A DNA stretch of 64,000 nt from Gammaproteobacteria bacterium (GCA_022614965.1 JAKEHO010000071.1:19804-83803), one strand, 5' to 3'. Positions 31,756 to 40,535 are shown, numbered from the stretch's first letter. The notes: generated from the letters alone by a model not told the origin. Made by a program: numbers and translations.

Positions 31756-31817
31756 TGGGAACAATTGTATCTTCACTTACGGGCGGTGGCTGCATCACTC
31801 TAACGATCCGCTTGATG
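31756..31817 (+). repeat. repeat R22 (diverged A+B), last copy in the window
   Basis: gggaacaattgtatcttcacttacgggcggtggctgcatcactctaacgatccgcttgatg. Confidence 0.75.
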
Positions 31818-31960
31818 GGGGCTTTGTTCCAACGTGATGACGAACGGCTGAGGCGATTGTAGTACAAACGTTTTCGAGCGAGATTAAGGTGAAAAAATCA
31901 GCTGTTGCAGTGCTCCACTTGGAATATTAAATACCGAGAATACGGGGAAAGAGTATAGAT

Positions 31961-32530
31961 CTATTTTCTGACATTTTGCTGACCATTTCCTGGAACCTTA
32001 CAAAACCCTTGGGAAGGCACATCAAGAGCGCTATTGAACTTACTCGATAAATTTTGAAAAGAGATGAGTCCAGTCAACTCCACAATAGCATCTTCATCAA
32101 GGAAGCTCCTTAATCGTTGCATCAGCTCATCACTTACTTGCTGGTCTGAATAGGTAATAGCCTCGGCATACTCTAGTGCGATCTTTTCTATTTCATCAAA
32201 GTGATCGCTTTCTCTCCAATGCTCGATAGCTTCCACCTTTTCCATTGAACCAGCCCTCTCTGCTAAGGTGGCGGAATTGATGTCAACGCAAAAACGACAC
32301 CAATTAATCTGCGATACGCGCACGATGACTAAAGAACGTAACACAGGGCTCAATGGAGAGCTCTTTCTATCCAATATACCGTAGAGCGTTGCTACAGCAG
32401 CAAACAACTTGGGCATCCTTGCCCAAAGTAGGGCGGGCTTCAGAATCTGTCCATATTTTCTTTTTTGGTACCAAAACAATAGGCGCAGGTACCACGGATA
32501 TCCCTGCAGTGGTTTTTCCGGGATTCTCAT
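31961..32530 (-). CDS. carboxymuconolactone decarboxylase/AhpD-like family protein
   Basis: 189 aa. The segment VRVSQINWCRFCVDIN carries the AhpD-like CxxC motif. Confidence 0.8.
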   Translation of the reverse strand: MRIPEKPLQGYPWYLRLLFWYQKRKYGQILKPALLWARMPKLFAAVATLYGILDRKSSPLSPVLRSLVIVRVSQINWCRFCVDINSATLAERAGSMEKVEAIEHWRESDHFDEIEKIALEYAEAITYSDQQVSDELMQRLRSFLDEDAIVELTGLISFQNLSSKFNSALDVPSQGFCKVPGNGQQNVRK

Positions 32531-32843
32531 ATCTGGGGTATTGGCGCGATTATTTATGAGTACTCGTAGAAAAGATTGTCCTATCTATATCTTATCGGCT
32601 AGGCACCATCGCGCTGGTTGGGGCGCTGCTTTCAGCAAACGAAGGTTGTGCCTTGAGCGACTACTACCGGTCATGCTCGCGTGCTGCACAGCAGGGCCGT
32701 GAGCTCACCGAGGGTCAATGCCTTGAGCAACCTGAAATGATGCGCGACCTCTTTTGGAAACCGGCATCTTGGAGGTGCTCAGCCAATGAACAGGCTACCA
32801 GCAACGAGCTTGAATAATTGGGCCAGATCTACCTTCCGAAAAA

Positions 32844-33713
32844 CTACCTAACCTTGTGCATCCATTGCACAGAATCTTCAACAATCTTAGGAAATTGCCC
32901 TTTTTCCACTTGCTTCCATTTCCCATGCCCTGGCAAAACCCATTCCACGTCTTTAAATGCTTGCATCTTTTTAACGGATTCTATTTGCCTCTCCCACGAA
33001 TACCAGCAAGCATCTCTGAAGGATCCAAATCGGTTTGAGCTCGAAATCCAAGCGTAATGATCTCCTGAAAATAAAAATTTTGACCTCCATAGCAGAACCA
33101 TATGCCCACGTGTATGCCCAGGCGTGAAATGGATCTCTCCTTCAGAAATATGATGGACTGACTTTCCTTCAAGTATCATCTCTGCATCTTTTTGAGCATC
33201 TGAGTCAAATTTGTGGATGATCCTGACAGCATTAAAATGTCGTGCATATCGATGTGCATCGGCTACATCATCCTGATGCGTCAAGAAAATGTATTTTATC
33301 CCTCCCATAATCTCGAATTTACGGACTAGATCGGATACAAAGCGGGGCGAATCGATTAACCAATTCCCTGTTTTGGAGTTAATAAAATAAGAATGAGCCC
33401 CGTATGAATTCCGGTGATTAAATCCATTGAGGTATATATGTTTTGCGAGCTCTATGGGGAATGACTCTCTGGCCGCGGTTAAATCCCGTCTTTCTCTCAT
33501 TCCAATAGAGCCGACAGGACAAGCAAGCAGCGCCTGCATTGCAGCTAATTCTTGTTGTTCGTCTTGAGGCTGATTCTTTACAAAGGCGTGGCTACCAGTG
33601 TCCCCGAAAATATCAGGCGCATAATGACGACTGACCCCACAATTAATACATGTTGAATCAACAAAAAAATTTCCTTCCAGATTTTCTGGAAGCGCGCGCG
33701 CTGGGTTAGCCAT
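32844..33713 (-). CDS. MBL-fold metallo-hydrolase with N-terminal ferredoxin-like Cys cluster
   Basis: 289 aa. N-terminal FVDSTCINCGVSRHYAPDIF. FLTHQDDVADAH and GHTRGH are metallo-beta-lactamase motifs. Confidence 0.8.
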   Translation of the reverse strand: MANPARALPENLEGNFFVDSTCINCGVSRHYAPDIFGDTGSHAFVKNQPQDEQQELAAMQALLACPVGSIGMRERRDLTAARESFPIELAKHIYLNGFNHRNSYGAHSYFINSKTGNWLIDSPRFVSDLVRKFEIMGGIKYIFLTHQDDVADAHRYARHFNAVRIIHKFDSDAQKDAEMILEGKSVHHISEGEIHFTPGHTRGHMVLLWRSKFLFSGDHYAWISSSNRFGSFRDACWYSWERQIESVKKMQAFKDVEWVLPGHGKWKQVEKGQFPKIVEDSVQWMHKVR

Positions 33714-34279
33714 GAGTTACTGTGAAGGATTTCATATTGCATTCCTTGTTTATGGACGTTGCTAGCATCAACAATCTGTTGCTGATTGTACCCTTGCGAT
33801 ATGAGGTTAATGGATGAACCTGATGTGAGTAGCGGTATAGCGATTTTGCCGGAATTCTCGCACTTAAAAATATTGAGCTAAAGCCTGCCTGTATAAATAG
33901 GTTAGGGCACGCTCATTGCATCTTTGTTGGATATATGTAACCGCAGTAGAAAAAGGAGGCCGAACGAGCTCTGGTCTGAAACGGAAATTTACGGATCATG
34001 TGAGTTTACCCCCATTGGCTATGACATGTTTGACTAAGTGCGCTGTTCCTTGGTTGTCGGGCATGCGGGCTTGTAGGGTGCTCTTCTTCAGGATGGGGGT
34101 TTGCTTAACCCTGATCCCATTGATGGGGAATGCTGCATTGCAGCAACGATAGGCGCCGCGTTCTATCATGTAGCCGCCATCCACCTATCTCAGGACATCT
34201 CCGCAATTTTAAACGGGTATCAGTGAACATCCTGAGCGGTTGGTGCGTTCATTGATCAGGGTTTATTGCGGACTCGCCT

Positions 34280-34579
34280 ATGATGAAACTTGGCCGGCTT
34301 TCACTTTTTGCACCAGAGTCGTGTTGGCAGCGATGGTTGCTGTTGCTTCTCGTGCCAGTCCTGCAAGGCTGTGCCCTGAGCTACTATTACCCGGCGTATA
34401 CCCACAGCGAGCGGCAGGGGCTGGAGTGGGCCGAGGGCAAGTGCTATGAGCAAACTGGGATGGCGCAAGGCATACTTCTGGATACCTGTGTCCTGGAGGT
34501 ACTCAGCGAGCAAACAAACGAGCCAGAGCCAACCGCTGCGGATCACAGGTCACTGCCTCTCCATAGTCCTTATCTCTAG
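34280..34579 (+). CDS. putative small lipoprotein
   Basis: 99 aa. Signal peptide with lipobox LQGC. Confidence 0.45.
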   Translation: MMKLGRLSLFAPESCWQRWLLLLLVPVLQGCALSYYYPAYTHSERQGLEWAEGKCYEQTGMAQGILLDTCVLEVLSEQTNEPEPTAADHRSLPLHSPYL

Positions 34580-34588
34580 AGTATTTTG

Positions 34589-35104
34589 CTACTGGGGTTG
34601 AGGCGAATGACCAATTCGTTGGCGACGCCGGTATTCTCGCCAAGTGCATTGAACTAAGCCAGGACGCTCCGATCCTTTAACCGACTTAAACTGAGTGACT
34701 CGTGCCACGCGGTCAAATTGCGAGGCCCGGTCCCATTGGTTGCGCTTCCACGCGATCCCTCCGAACATACGGACAGCCCAGTAAATCGGGTACCTCTGCC
34801 AGGCCGGGACCGCAAGTACACCCATTGCTTCAAACATAACGGCATCTGCCCTTTGCCGCGGGCGATCTTGGCGCCAGTAGATCCAATCATGGATGACCGC
34901 CGCGTTCCCATATTTTCCCCACGTCGGCAGGGCCCACCAGAAGACACGTGGTATCGACGCGAAATCCGTCATGAATCCAATTTCGACGTCTACAGTGTCA
35001 CCGCTCCCTTCTTCGCCCACGTCGTAGCCGAATGGCCGCAGGACTACCCATGTTTTTCCATCGGCGAGAGGCGAGACAACGAGAGCATCTGTGAAACGAC
35101 TCAT
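34589..35104 (-). CDS. DUF1353 domain protein
   Basis: 171 aa. GFMTDFASIPRVFWWALPTWGKYGNAAVIHDWIYW is the DUF1353 signature. Confidence 0.85.
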   Translation of the reverse strand: MSRFTDALVVSPLADGKTWVVLRPFGYDVGEEGSGDTVDVEIGFMTDFASIPRVFWWALPTWGKYGNAAVIHDWIYWRQDRPRQRADAVMFEAMGVLAVPAWQRYPIYWAVRMFGGIAWKRNQWDRASQFDRVARVTQFKSVKGSERPGLVQCTWREYRRRQRIGHSPQPQ

Positions 35105-35374
35105 GTCATTTCCATGATTAACTCACTGAGGATAGCTTAGCATCCGATGGAGAAGAGAGCCGTTGGAAGGCCCTTGGACCCCCAAAAGCCAATGCCGACT
35201 CTGAGGATAGGGGATGGATCGCGCGCACTAGTCATTTCATAGTCCATGGATGCCAGTTCACGAACCCTAGAATTCAAGCTCATTTCCATCATGTAGGGCC
35301 GATATCTCAGTTGCGTTTGTAGGAAATTACCCGATAGTACGCAGGTTTTGTCCTGTCGTAAGGCTTCCGGGCTT

Positions 35375-35390
35375 TGTGATGTGCGTCACA
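35375..35390. promoter_or_regulatory. CRP/FNR-type palindrome TGTGA-N6-TCACA
   Basis: The exact sequence TGTGAtgtgcgTCACA lies in the divergent intergenic region between the DUF1353 gene and 35580..35837. Confidence 0.35.
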
Positions 35391-35414
35391 CTTGGCGTAC
35401 TGAGCGACTGGACT

Positions 35415-35433
35415 GTTCTAGGAATCCTAGAAC
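35415..35433. promoter_or_regulatory. perfect 9-1-9 inverted repeat (operator or hairpin candidate)
   Basis: GTTCTAGGA-A-TCCTAGAAC, 25 nt downstream of the CRP-like site. Confidence 0.3.
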
Positions 35434-35579
35434 GACCTTCTATCATTACAACTCGGTAGAACATTGGTTTAAACCGCTAAGGGGCCTAAGCCAAACACCC
35501 GAGTTGCCACGGAGCCGCCTTGATTATTGGCTCTTACGGTGGCTTGGGATGTGATTTTGTTCACGACAAAAAAATAGCC

Positions 35580-35837
35580 ATGAAAGGACTGATATCACTC
35601 TTAAAAGTATTTGGCTACGTGTGGGGCACACTGGCAATTTTTTTGGTTCTTTTCGCCGTAGTCGGGATTTGGGCTACGGAAGGATACGCTGAAGTGCAGG
35701 CGGCATTCAGCCCGTCTAACGTCCTTACCTGGGTCGTTGTATTACTGATCGTATTGCCCACGTTTGCGGCCTTCCGAGTGCTGGAACGACTGGAAAAGAA
35801 ATCGAAACGGCAGATACGGCGAACTTGGCGGCGATAA
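35580..35837 (+). CDS. small membrane protein
   Basis: Trimmed to ATG 35580. 85 aa with two TM helices and a basic tail. Confidence 0.55.
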   Translation: MKGLISLLKVFGYVWGTLAIFLVLFAVVGIWATEGYAEVQAAFSPSNVLTWVVVLLIVLPTFAAFRVLERLEKKSKRQIRRTWRR

Positions 35838-36135
35838 GAGACCTATGTCACGTCTGCTGCTGGGATCGCATTCACATTAATCTCTCGCCAGGACAGGCAG
35901 GCTCCCAACTGCACCATCTCGCTGTTTACAGCGCGCATCGCAGCGACGCGTGCTGGCATGTAATTCAGCTTACTGTGACGCTGCTGAACTGAAAGGCCGT
36001 TGCCTGACCACCTGTTGGGAAAACATCCGCGTCGCAGCGAGCCTCGCTCCTCCATCGTTTCGGTGTATCATGGCAGGCAATGGCCGTGCGTGGATATGCA
36101 CAATGTTTTTTCATAACTTTTTGGGTAGAACAAAC

Positions 36136-36954
36136 ATGATGGACGAAAAAGCACAGGACCTGACCAAGGCGTATAGTAACGAGAACTTCCTCAACAGCCG
36201 ATCAGCGCGGCCACTCAGGATACTGGCTGAGTACCTGGAACCAAGTAACCGTCTGGCGCGCTACAAGGTCGAGGACACAATCGTGTTTATGGGGTCGGCG
36301 AGGATTGTATCCCGTGAAATAGCGGAGAATGAAGTCAAGGCGGCGGAGGGCGGAGATGGGGATCTCACAAAGGCCCGGTTTCGCCTCGACATGTCCAGAT
36401 ATTATGAGGCAGCTCGTGAACTTGCCTATCGGCTGACCAACTGGTCAAAGCAGCTGCCAGATGAGCATCGGCGCTTTGTTGTCTGCACTGGCGGTGGCCC
36501 CGGCCTCATGGAGGCAGCCAGCCGTGGGGCATCGGAAGCCAAGGGTATGAATGTCGGGCTCACCATTTCGATTCCCGTAAATGAGTTTGCCAATCAGTAT
36601 GTCACCCGGGAGCTAGGATTTAACTTTCATTATTTTTTTATGCGAAAGTTCTGGTTTCTTTATCTTGCCAAAGCTGTTCTCATTTTCCCCGGTGGATTTG
36701 GGACCCTCGATGAGCTTTTCGAGATCTTGACATTGCTACAGACACGCAAGATCTGCAAGCACCTGCCACTGGTATTGTTCGGTACAGAGTACTGGGATGA
36801 GGTGATCAATTTCGAGACGCTCGTGCGCTATGGGGCCATCAACGCAGATGACCTGAAATTCATCTTTCGCACCGACTCTGTAGATGAAGCTTATGGCTTC
36901 ATCGTCCGCGAACTCAGCAAATATGGGCTTGAGGAGCGCGGTGCGATCCTGTAA
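36136..36954 (+). CDS. LOG family protein (TIGR00730; nucleotide 5'-monophosphate nucleosidase/PpnN-like)
   Basis: Trimmed to ATG 36136. CTGGGPGLMEAASRGA and PGGFGTLDELFE motifs. Confidence 0.9.
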   Translation: MMDEKAQDLTKAYSNENFLNSRSARPLRILAEYLEPSNRLARYKVEDTIVFMGSARIVSREIAENEVKAAEGGDGDLTKARFRLDMSRYYEAARELAYRLTNWSKQLPDEHRRFVVCTGGGPGLMEAASRGASEAKGMNVGLTISIPVNEFANQYVTRELGFNFHYFFMRKFWFLYLAKAVLIFPGGFGTLDELFEILTLLQTRKICKHLPLVLFGTEYWDEVINFETLVRYGAINADDLKFIFRTDSVDEAYGFIVRELSKYGLEERGAIL

Positions 36955-37020
36955 ACAATGCGGAGGAGTTGATCCGGGGTTTTTCTATGGAGGTATGCTG
37001 CGATCGAAGAGGTTAGCTTG

Positions 37021-37512
37021 ATGAGGAAAACCGCTTTAGACAGCTTGCCTTTGTTGTCTATTGGAGTGTTCATTTTGTCTACAGGAGTGCTTTTGGCATC
37101 ACCAACAGCCAGTGATGCGAGCAAGAACCGGCTCGTATCTTTCGTTGATAGTGCGGCGGCGCTCGTTGAAAGCAAAGGCGAGCAGGAGGCCTGTGTGGAA
37201 TTCAAGCAGCCAGGCAGTCAATGGTTTCACGGAGACACCTACGTCTTTATCAATGACATGGATGGCACTATCGTCTGTCACCCGGGTCATCCCGATTGGG
37301 AAGGCCAGAATTTACTGAGCCTTCAGGACTCCAATGGCACGTTTGTGATAGAAGAGATCATCGATGCAGTAAAGACGAGCCCATCAGGTTGGGCCGAATA
37401 TATGTGGCCAAAACCCAGTGAGGGAAGAGATGCGATGAAGTTGACCTATGTAAACAAGGTAGAATCGGGAGGCAAGACACTGCTGGTCTGCAGTGGTATT
37501 TATCTGGACTAG
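37021..37512 (+). CDS. periplasmic Cache-like domain protein (paralog of 9622..10113)
   Basis: Signal peptide present. WFHGDTYVFINDMDGTIVCHP...GWAEYMWPKP...CSGIYLD. Confidence 0.75.
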   Translation: MRKTALDSLPLLSIGVFILSTGVLLASPTASDASKNRLVSFVDSAAALVESKGEQEACVEFKQPGSQWFHGDTYVFINDMDGTIVCHPGHPDWEGQNLLSLQDSNGTFVIEEIIDAVKTSPSGWAEYMWPKPSEGRDAMKLTYVNKVESGGKTLLVCSGIYLD

Positions 37513-37627
37513 AAAAAACAGTTGAAGGCCCGTCCATAGGGGATTTTGTTACCCGCCTTTGGTTTGCTAGGTAGTGCATGTAGATACCCGCTTTCTCGTG
37601 AGACGAAATAGAAAACAGCGAGACCAT

Positions 37628-38686
37628 ATGTTAACCATGAAAAGAGCCCTGCATGGATGCATGGTCTTTTTCATTTCACTCAGCAGTGCATGGGCGGATG
37701 CAGAGTCGGCCGCAGCCGCCTATCGAAGCGGGCACTACGGTATTGCGTTTCGACAATACAAGGCGCTCGCACAGCAAGATGTGCCAGAAGCTCAATTTAA
37801 TCTTGCCCTGATGTACCGGCATGGCCGAGGGATCCCACAGGACGATGCCGAGGCAGCAATCTGGTACACCAGGGCCGCTGAACAAGGGGTGCCCCAGGCT
37901 CAGTTTAATCTCGCCCTCATGTACGAGCGTGGCGAGGGCGTACCGCAGGACTTTTCCCAGGCGGTCATGTGGTACGAAAAGGCGGCGGCGCAGGGGTTCG
38001 CGTTGGCACAGTATCATCTCGCGAAGATGTATTCTTCCGGTCAAGGTGTTACACAAAATGAGGCGCAGGCACTCATGTGGACCCACATGGCAGCAAGGCA
38101 TGGCCATGCGAAGGCGCAAAGTGAACTGGCCTATCGATATGCGACAGGAGAGGGTGTCCCGCAGAATGACACTGAGGCAGCCAAATGGTTGCGAAAAGCT
38201 GCTGAGCAGGGAGTTGCGGTGGCGCAAAATGATCTCGGTTATATGTATGCGGCAGGACAGGGCGTTCCGCAGGATTACACTCAGGCCGCGATTTGGATTC
38301 AAAAGGCTGCCGAACAGGGTGTAGCGGATGCCCAACATAATCTGGGCTATATGTATGAGATCGGTCAGGGTGTGCCTCAGGATTATGGGGAAGCGGTCAA
38401 GTGGTACCGCATGGCGGCCGAGCAGGGCTATGCGGAAGCCCAGAATAATCTCGCGGTAATGTATGTGACCGGACGTGGCGTGCCGATCGACGATTTACAG
38501 GCGTATGCGTGGTGGAATGTTGCCGCAGGGGCCGGATATGCAACCGCCCAAACGAATCGTGACCGTATTGCAGAATATTTGACCGCTGAGCAACTCGAAG
38601 CAGCGAAAAAGCTGTCGGGAGAACTGTCCAGGCAGTACGGGAAACAAATCGATATGCCACATGCCGATGATAAATTACCCGACTAA
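37628..38686 (+). CDS. Sel1 (SLR) repeat protein, secreted
   Basis: Signal peptide ..SSAWADAE. About 9 tandem units of AQFNLALMYxxGxGVPQDxxEAxxWYxKAAEQG. The start is 37628 or 37637. Confidence 0.9.
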   Translation: MLTMKRALHGCMVFFISLSSAWADAESAAAAYRSGHYGIAFRQYKALAQQDVPEAQFNLALMYRHGRGIPQDDAEAAIWYTRAAEQGVPQAQFNLALMYERGEGVPQDFSQAVMWYEKAAAQGFALAQYHLAKMYSSGQGVTQNEAQALMWTHMAARHGHAKAQSELAYRYATGEGVPQNDTEAAKWLRKAAEQGVAVAQNDLGYMYAAGQGVPQDYTQAAIWIQKAAEQGVADAQHNLGYMYEIGQGVPQDYGEAVKWYRMAAEQGYAEAQNNLAVMYVTGRGVPIDDLQAYAWWNVAAGAGYATAQTNRDRIAEYLTAEQLEAAKKLSGELSRQYGKQIDMPHADDKLPD

Positions 38687-38716
38687 TCTGCGTAGTGGTG
38701 ACTTAGCGACTGCGCC

Positions 38717-39115
38717 ATGTCGCAGGCACTTATTAGGCTCGTCACACTTCTTTCGCTTATGGCAACGCTTGTGCTCATGATCTATTCCGCACAACCGTGG
38801 GGCGCCAATTACGCCTATTAGACAATATTAGGCTACAGTTAGTTGGCAGTTTTTCTCGCTTGCGCGGCCTCACCTTACATGTTGCTGTTACTTCTAAGCA
38901 AACAGGCTGGTAATGATCGGTTGTCTGGGCTGATCATTTTTGGCGGGACGATCCTAATTTGCAGTCTTAGTGTCGCTGCCGTCGTCGACACCGTCTTTAT
39001 TCACATTGGTGCTCAGGGCGGGCTCGTTTTTCTATTCTTGCCCATTTATCAGTGGACCGTGGTTGGGATCCTGGGATTGCTTTACTATGCGGTGAGTCGA
39101 TCCTGGACTACCTAA
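38717..39115 (+). pseudogene. 4-TM membrane protein interrupted by two in-frame TAG codons (or a 34-aa plus a 90-aa ORF)
   Basis: ATG 38717 and track ORF 38843..39115 share one frame. TAG codons lie at 38819-38821 and 38840-38842. The hydrophobic pattern continues across the stops. Confidence 0.4.
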
Positions 39116-39196
39116 TGCAAACATCGCGTATGCCGGTTGCCAGAGTGACAGGAGCGAGACGCTGGAACTTGCCCTCTTTTTAATGACGTACTTTTT

Positions 39197-39976
39197 CTAT
39201 TGAGTCGAAGGCTTAATATCGATGGTCAAGTGATTGGCTGATTGATACGCCAACCGTTCTGTGGCGCCCGTCGTTTCGATGACCATTCGCACATTACTAC
39301 CATTGGCAAAGGTATCGATTGTAAGGACAGGGGTCGCAAAATCTCCAACGTCAAGCCGACGTTCAAGACACTTTTCGAGTTCAGTACCGAGGAAGTCGAC
39401 AATGAACTGGCTGCCCTGCTCGTGTGTATTGATGACCAGGGACGAATTTGCAAGTATTACGGTAATTTGGCCCTCGCCGCTTTGTACTCGGTGGAAGTCC
39501 ACACTTTCGATCTTGTCCAGCTTCCTCGCGCTGAGTGCTTCGTCTTGAATGCCGTGAGATGCGGTACCACCGAACACGCCCGTCACTCCAAGCGTTATAT
39601 AGATAGACCCATCGATGACGCGCGTGTCAAATGGCACCAGCCGAACAAGTTTGATAACCACGCGGGTGCGCCCACCCGATTCAATGGCCGTTATACTTCG
39701 CGCAGGTCCGATATCGATAATCTGGCTCTTTTGTTGGACGTTCACGGCGATGCCAGGCAAGTCGAGCACGATCCTGGCGGGCCGATAGATGGCGAATGTA
39801 CGCGGCTCGCCTGGGGGCGACGAGAGTCTGAGCTCCACGCGCACTCGCTCGCCGGGCAGCACTGAATAACTGATCTCATCGAGTGTTATGATTTCCCGGT
39901 CGGGCATTGCGCCAGACCCAATACCGGTTAGAAGCATGGTGCTTCCAAGGAGAATTCGGTGCATCATTGGCCACAT
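39197..39976 (-). CDS. AMIN domain protein (two AMIN-like domains, PilQ N-terminal-like)
   Basis: Signal peptide present. The RPARIVLDLPG and RVVIKLVRLVPF patterns occur twice. Confidence 0.7.
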   Translation of the reverse strand: MWPMMHRILLGSTMLLTGIGSGAMPDREIITLDEISYSVLPGERVRVELRLSSPPGEPRTFAIYRPARIVLDLPGIAVNVQQKSQIIDIGPARSITAIESGGRTRVVIKLVRLVPFDTRVIDGSIYITLGVTGVFGGTASHGIQDEALSARKLDKIESVDFHRVQSGEGQITVILANSSLVINTHEQGSQFIVDFLGTELEKCLERRLDVGDFATPVLTIDTFANGSNVRMVIETTGATERLAYQSANHLTIDIKPSTQ

Positions 39977-39986
39977 TGCGCAATGC

Positions 39987-40469
39987 CTACCTGCGCTTTA
40001 CGAATTCTAATTTGACTGATTTATTTTCACTCTCCATTGTAAGGGTGTGATTCGCCAAATACATGCGTCGTATCGTTCTCAACGATTTGAGGAACTCGTT
40101 CTCTTGATTCATCAACTCGGGTGGACCCCCCATCCTGGTAGTACCGAAACCTGGCTCACCCCAAGAAATTTCGCCGTCTCCATTCATTAGCATATTGCCG
40201 AAGTAACGGTTAATTGACGCTAGGCCCGCCACTTTCCCGTCGCCAACATATGAGAACGTAACGGTAGATTCTGGGAGCAGTGTGACCTCATGGTTGTCCA
40301 CGATCATATTGGCCAGTTGCCACTCGATGCCTTCCAGTGCGTCAATTTGGCCAACAGTTAGCCGTACTCTGTCTTCGAGCGATTGACTCGTATCGTGATC
40401 GCTTCCGTTACAACCTTGGAATACCACCGCAATGATCAATAGCGTTGATCGAAAGATCCTCATTTTCAT
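39987..40469 (-). CDS. META domain (HslJ-like) lipoprotein
   Basis: Lipobox FQGC. GKVAGLASINRYFGNM...GTTRMGGPPELMNQENEFLKSL. Confidence 0.85.
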   Translation of the reverse strand: MKMRIFRSTLLIIAVVFQGCNGSDHDTSQSLEDRVRLTVGQIDALEGIEWQLANMIVDNHEVTLLPESTVTFSYVGDGKVAGLASINRYFGNMLMNGDGEISWGEPGFGTTRMGGPPELMNQENEFLKSLRTIRRMYLANHTLTMESENKSVKLEFVKRR

Positions 40470-40535
40470 TAACGCTCTATCAAGAGAGACAGTTGATCTC
40501 GACGAAAAAGACCTCGTCTCGTTAGGCTATTGCTG

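Noticed and set aside
2021-31817. Calling the repeat array a classical integron with attC sites.
   Set aside because: I could not place the RYYYAAC / GTTRRRY core pair on either strand of the repeats. Cargo genes are split almost evenly between the two strands, whereas integron cassettes are overwhelmingly co-oriented. No intI, attI or Pc-like region is visible at either end of the array inside the window. I keep it only as a 'cassette-like, non-canonical' hypothesis to be tested with an attC covariance model.
2021-31817. CRISPR array as an explanation for the regularly recurring repeat.
   Set aside because: The repeats are 50-150 bp, modular and imperfect. The intervals between them are 0.45-5.7 kb and contain full genes. 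No cas genes are present.
31538-31867. The 109-aa minus-strand ORF upstream of DUF899, with a similar sequence upstream of the pseudogene copy (24294..24479). This could be a conserved upstream gene.
   Set aside because: The ORF runs through repeat R22, and the two copies do not preserve a common reading frame or start. The similarity is explained by duplication of the whole unit, including non-coding DNA.
35541-35562. ggcttgggatgtgattttg resembles module B (cccgcttgatgtgattg). It could be a relic repeat copy in the right half.
   Set aside because: Only about 14 matching bases are present, with no module A hairpin or GGGACAG upstream. This is too short to distinguish from chance, so it is not counted as a copy.
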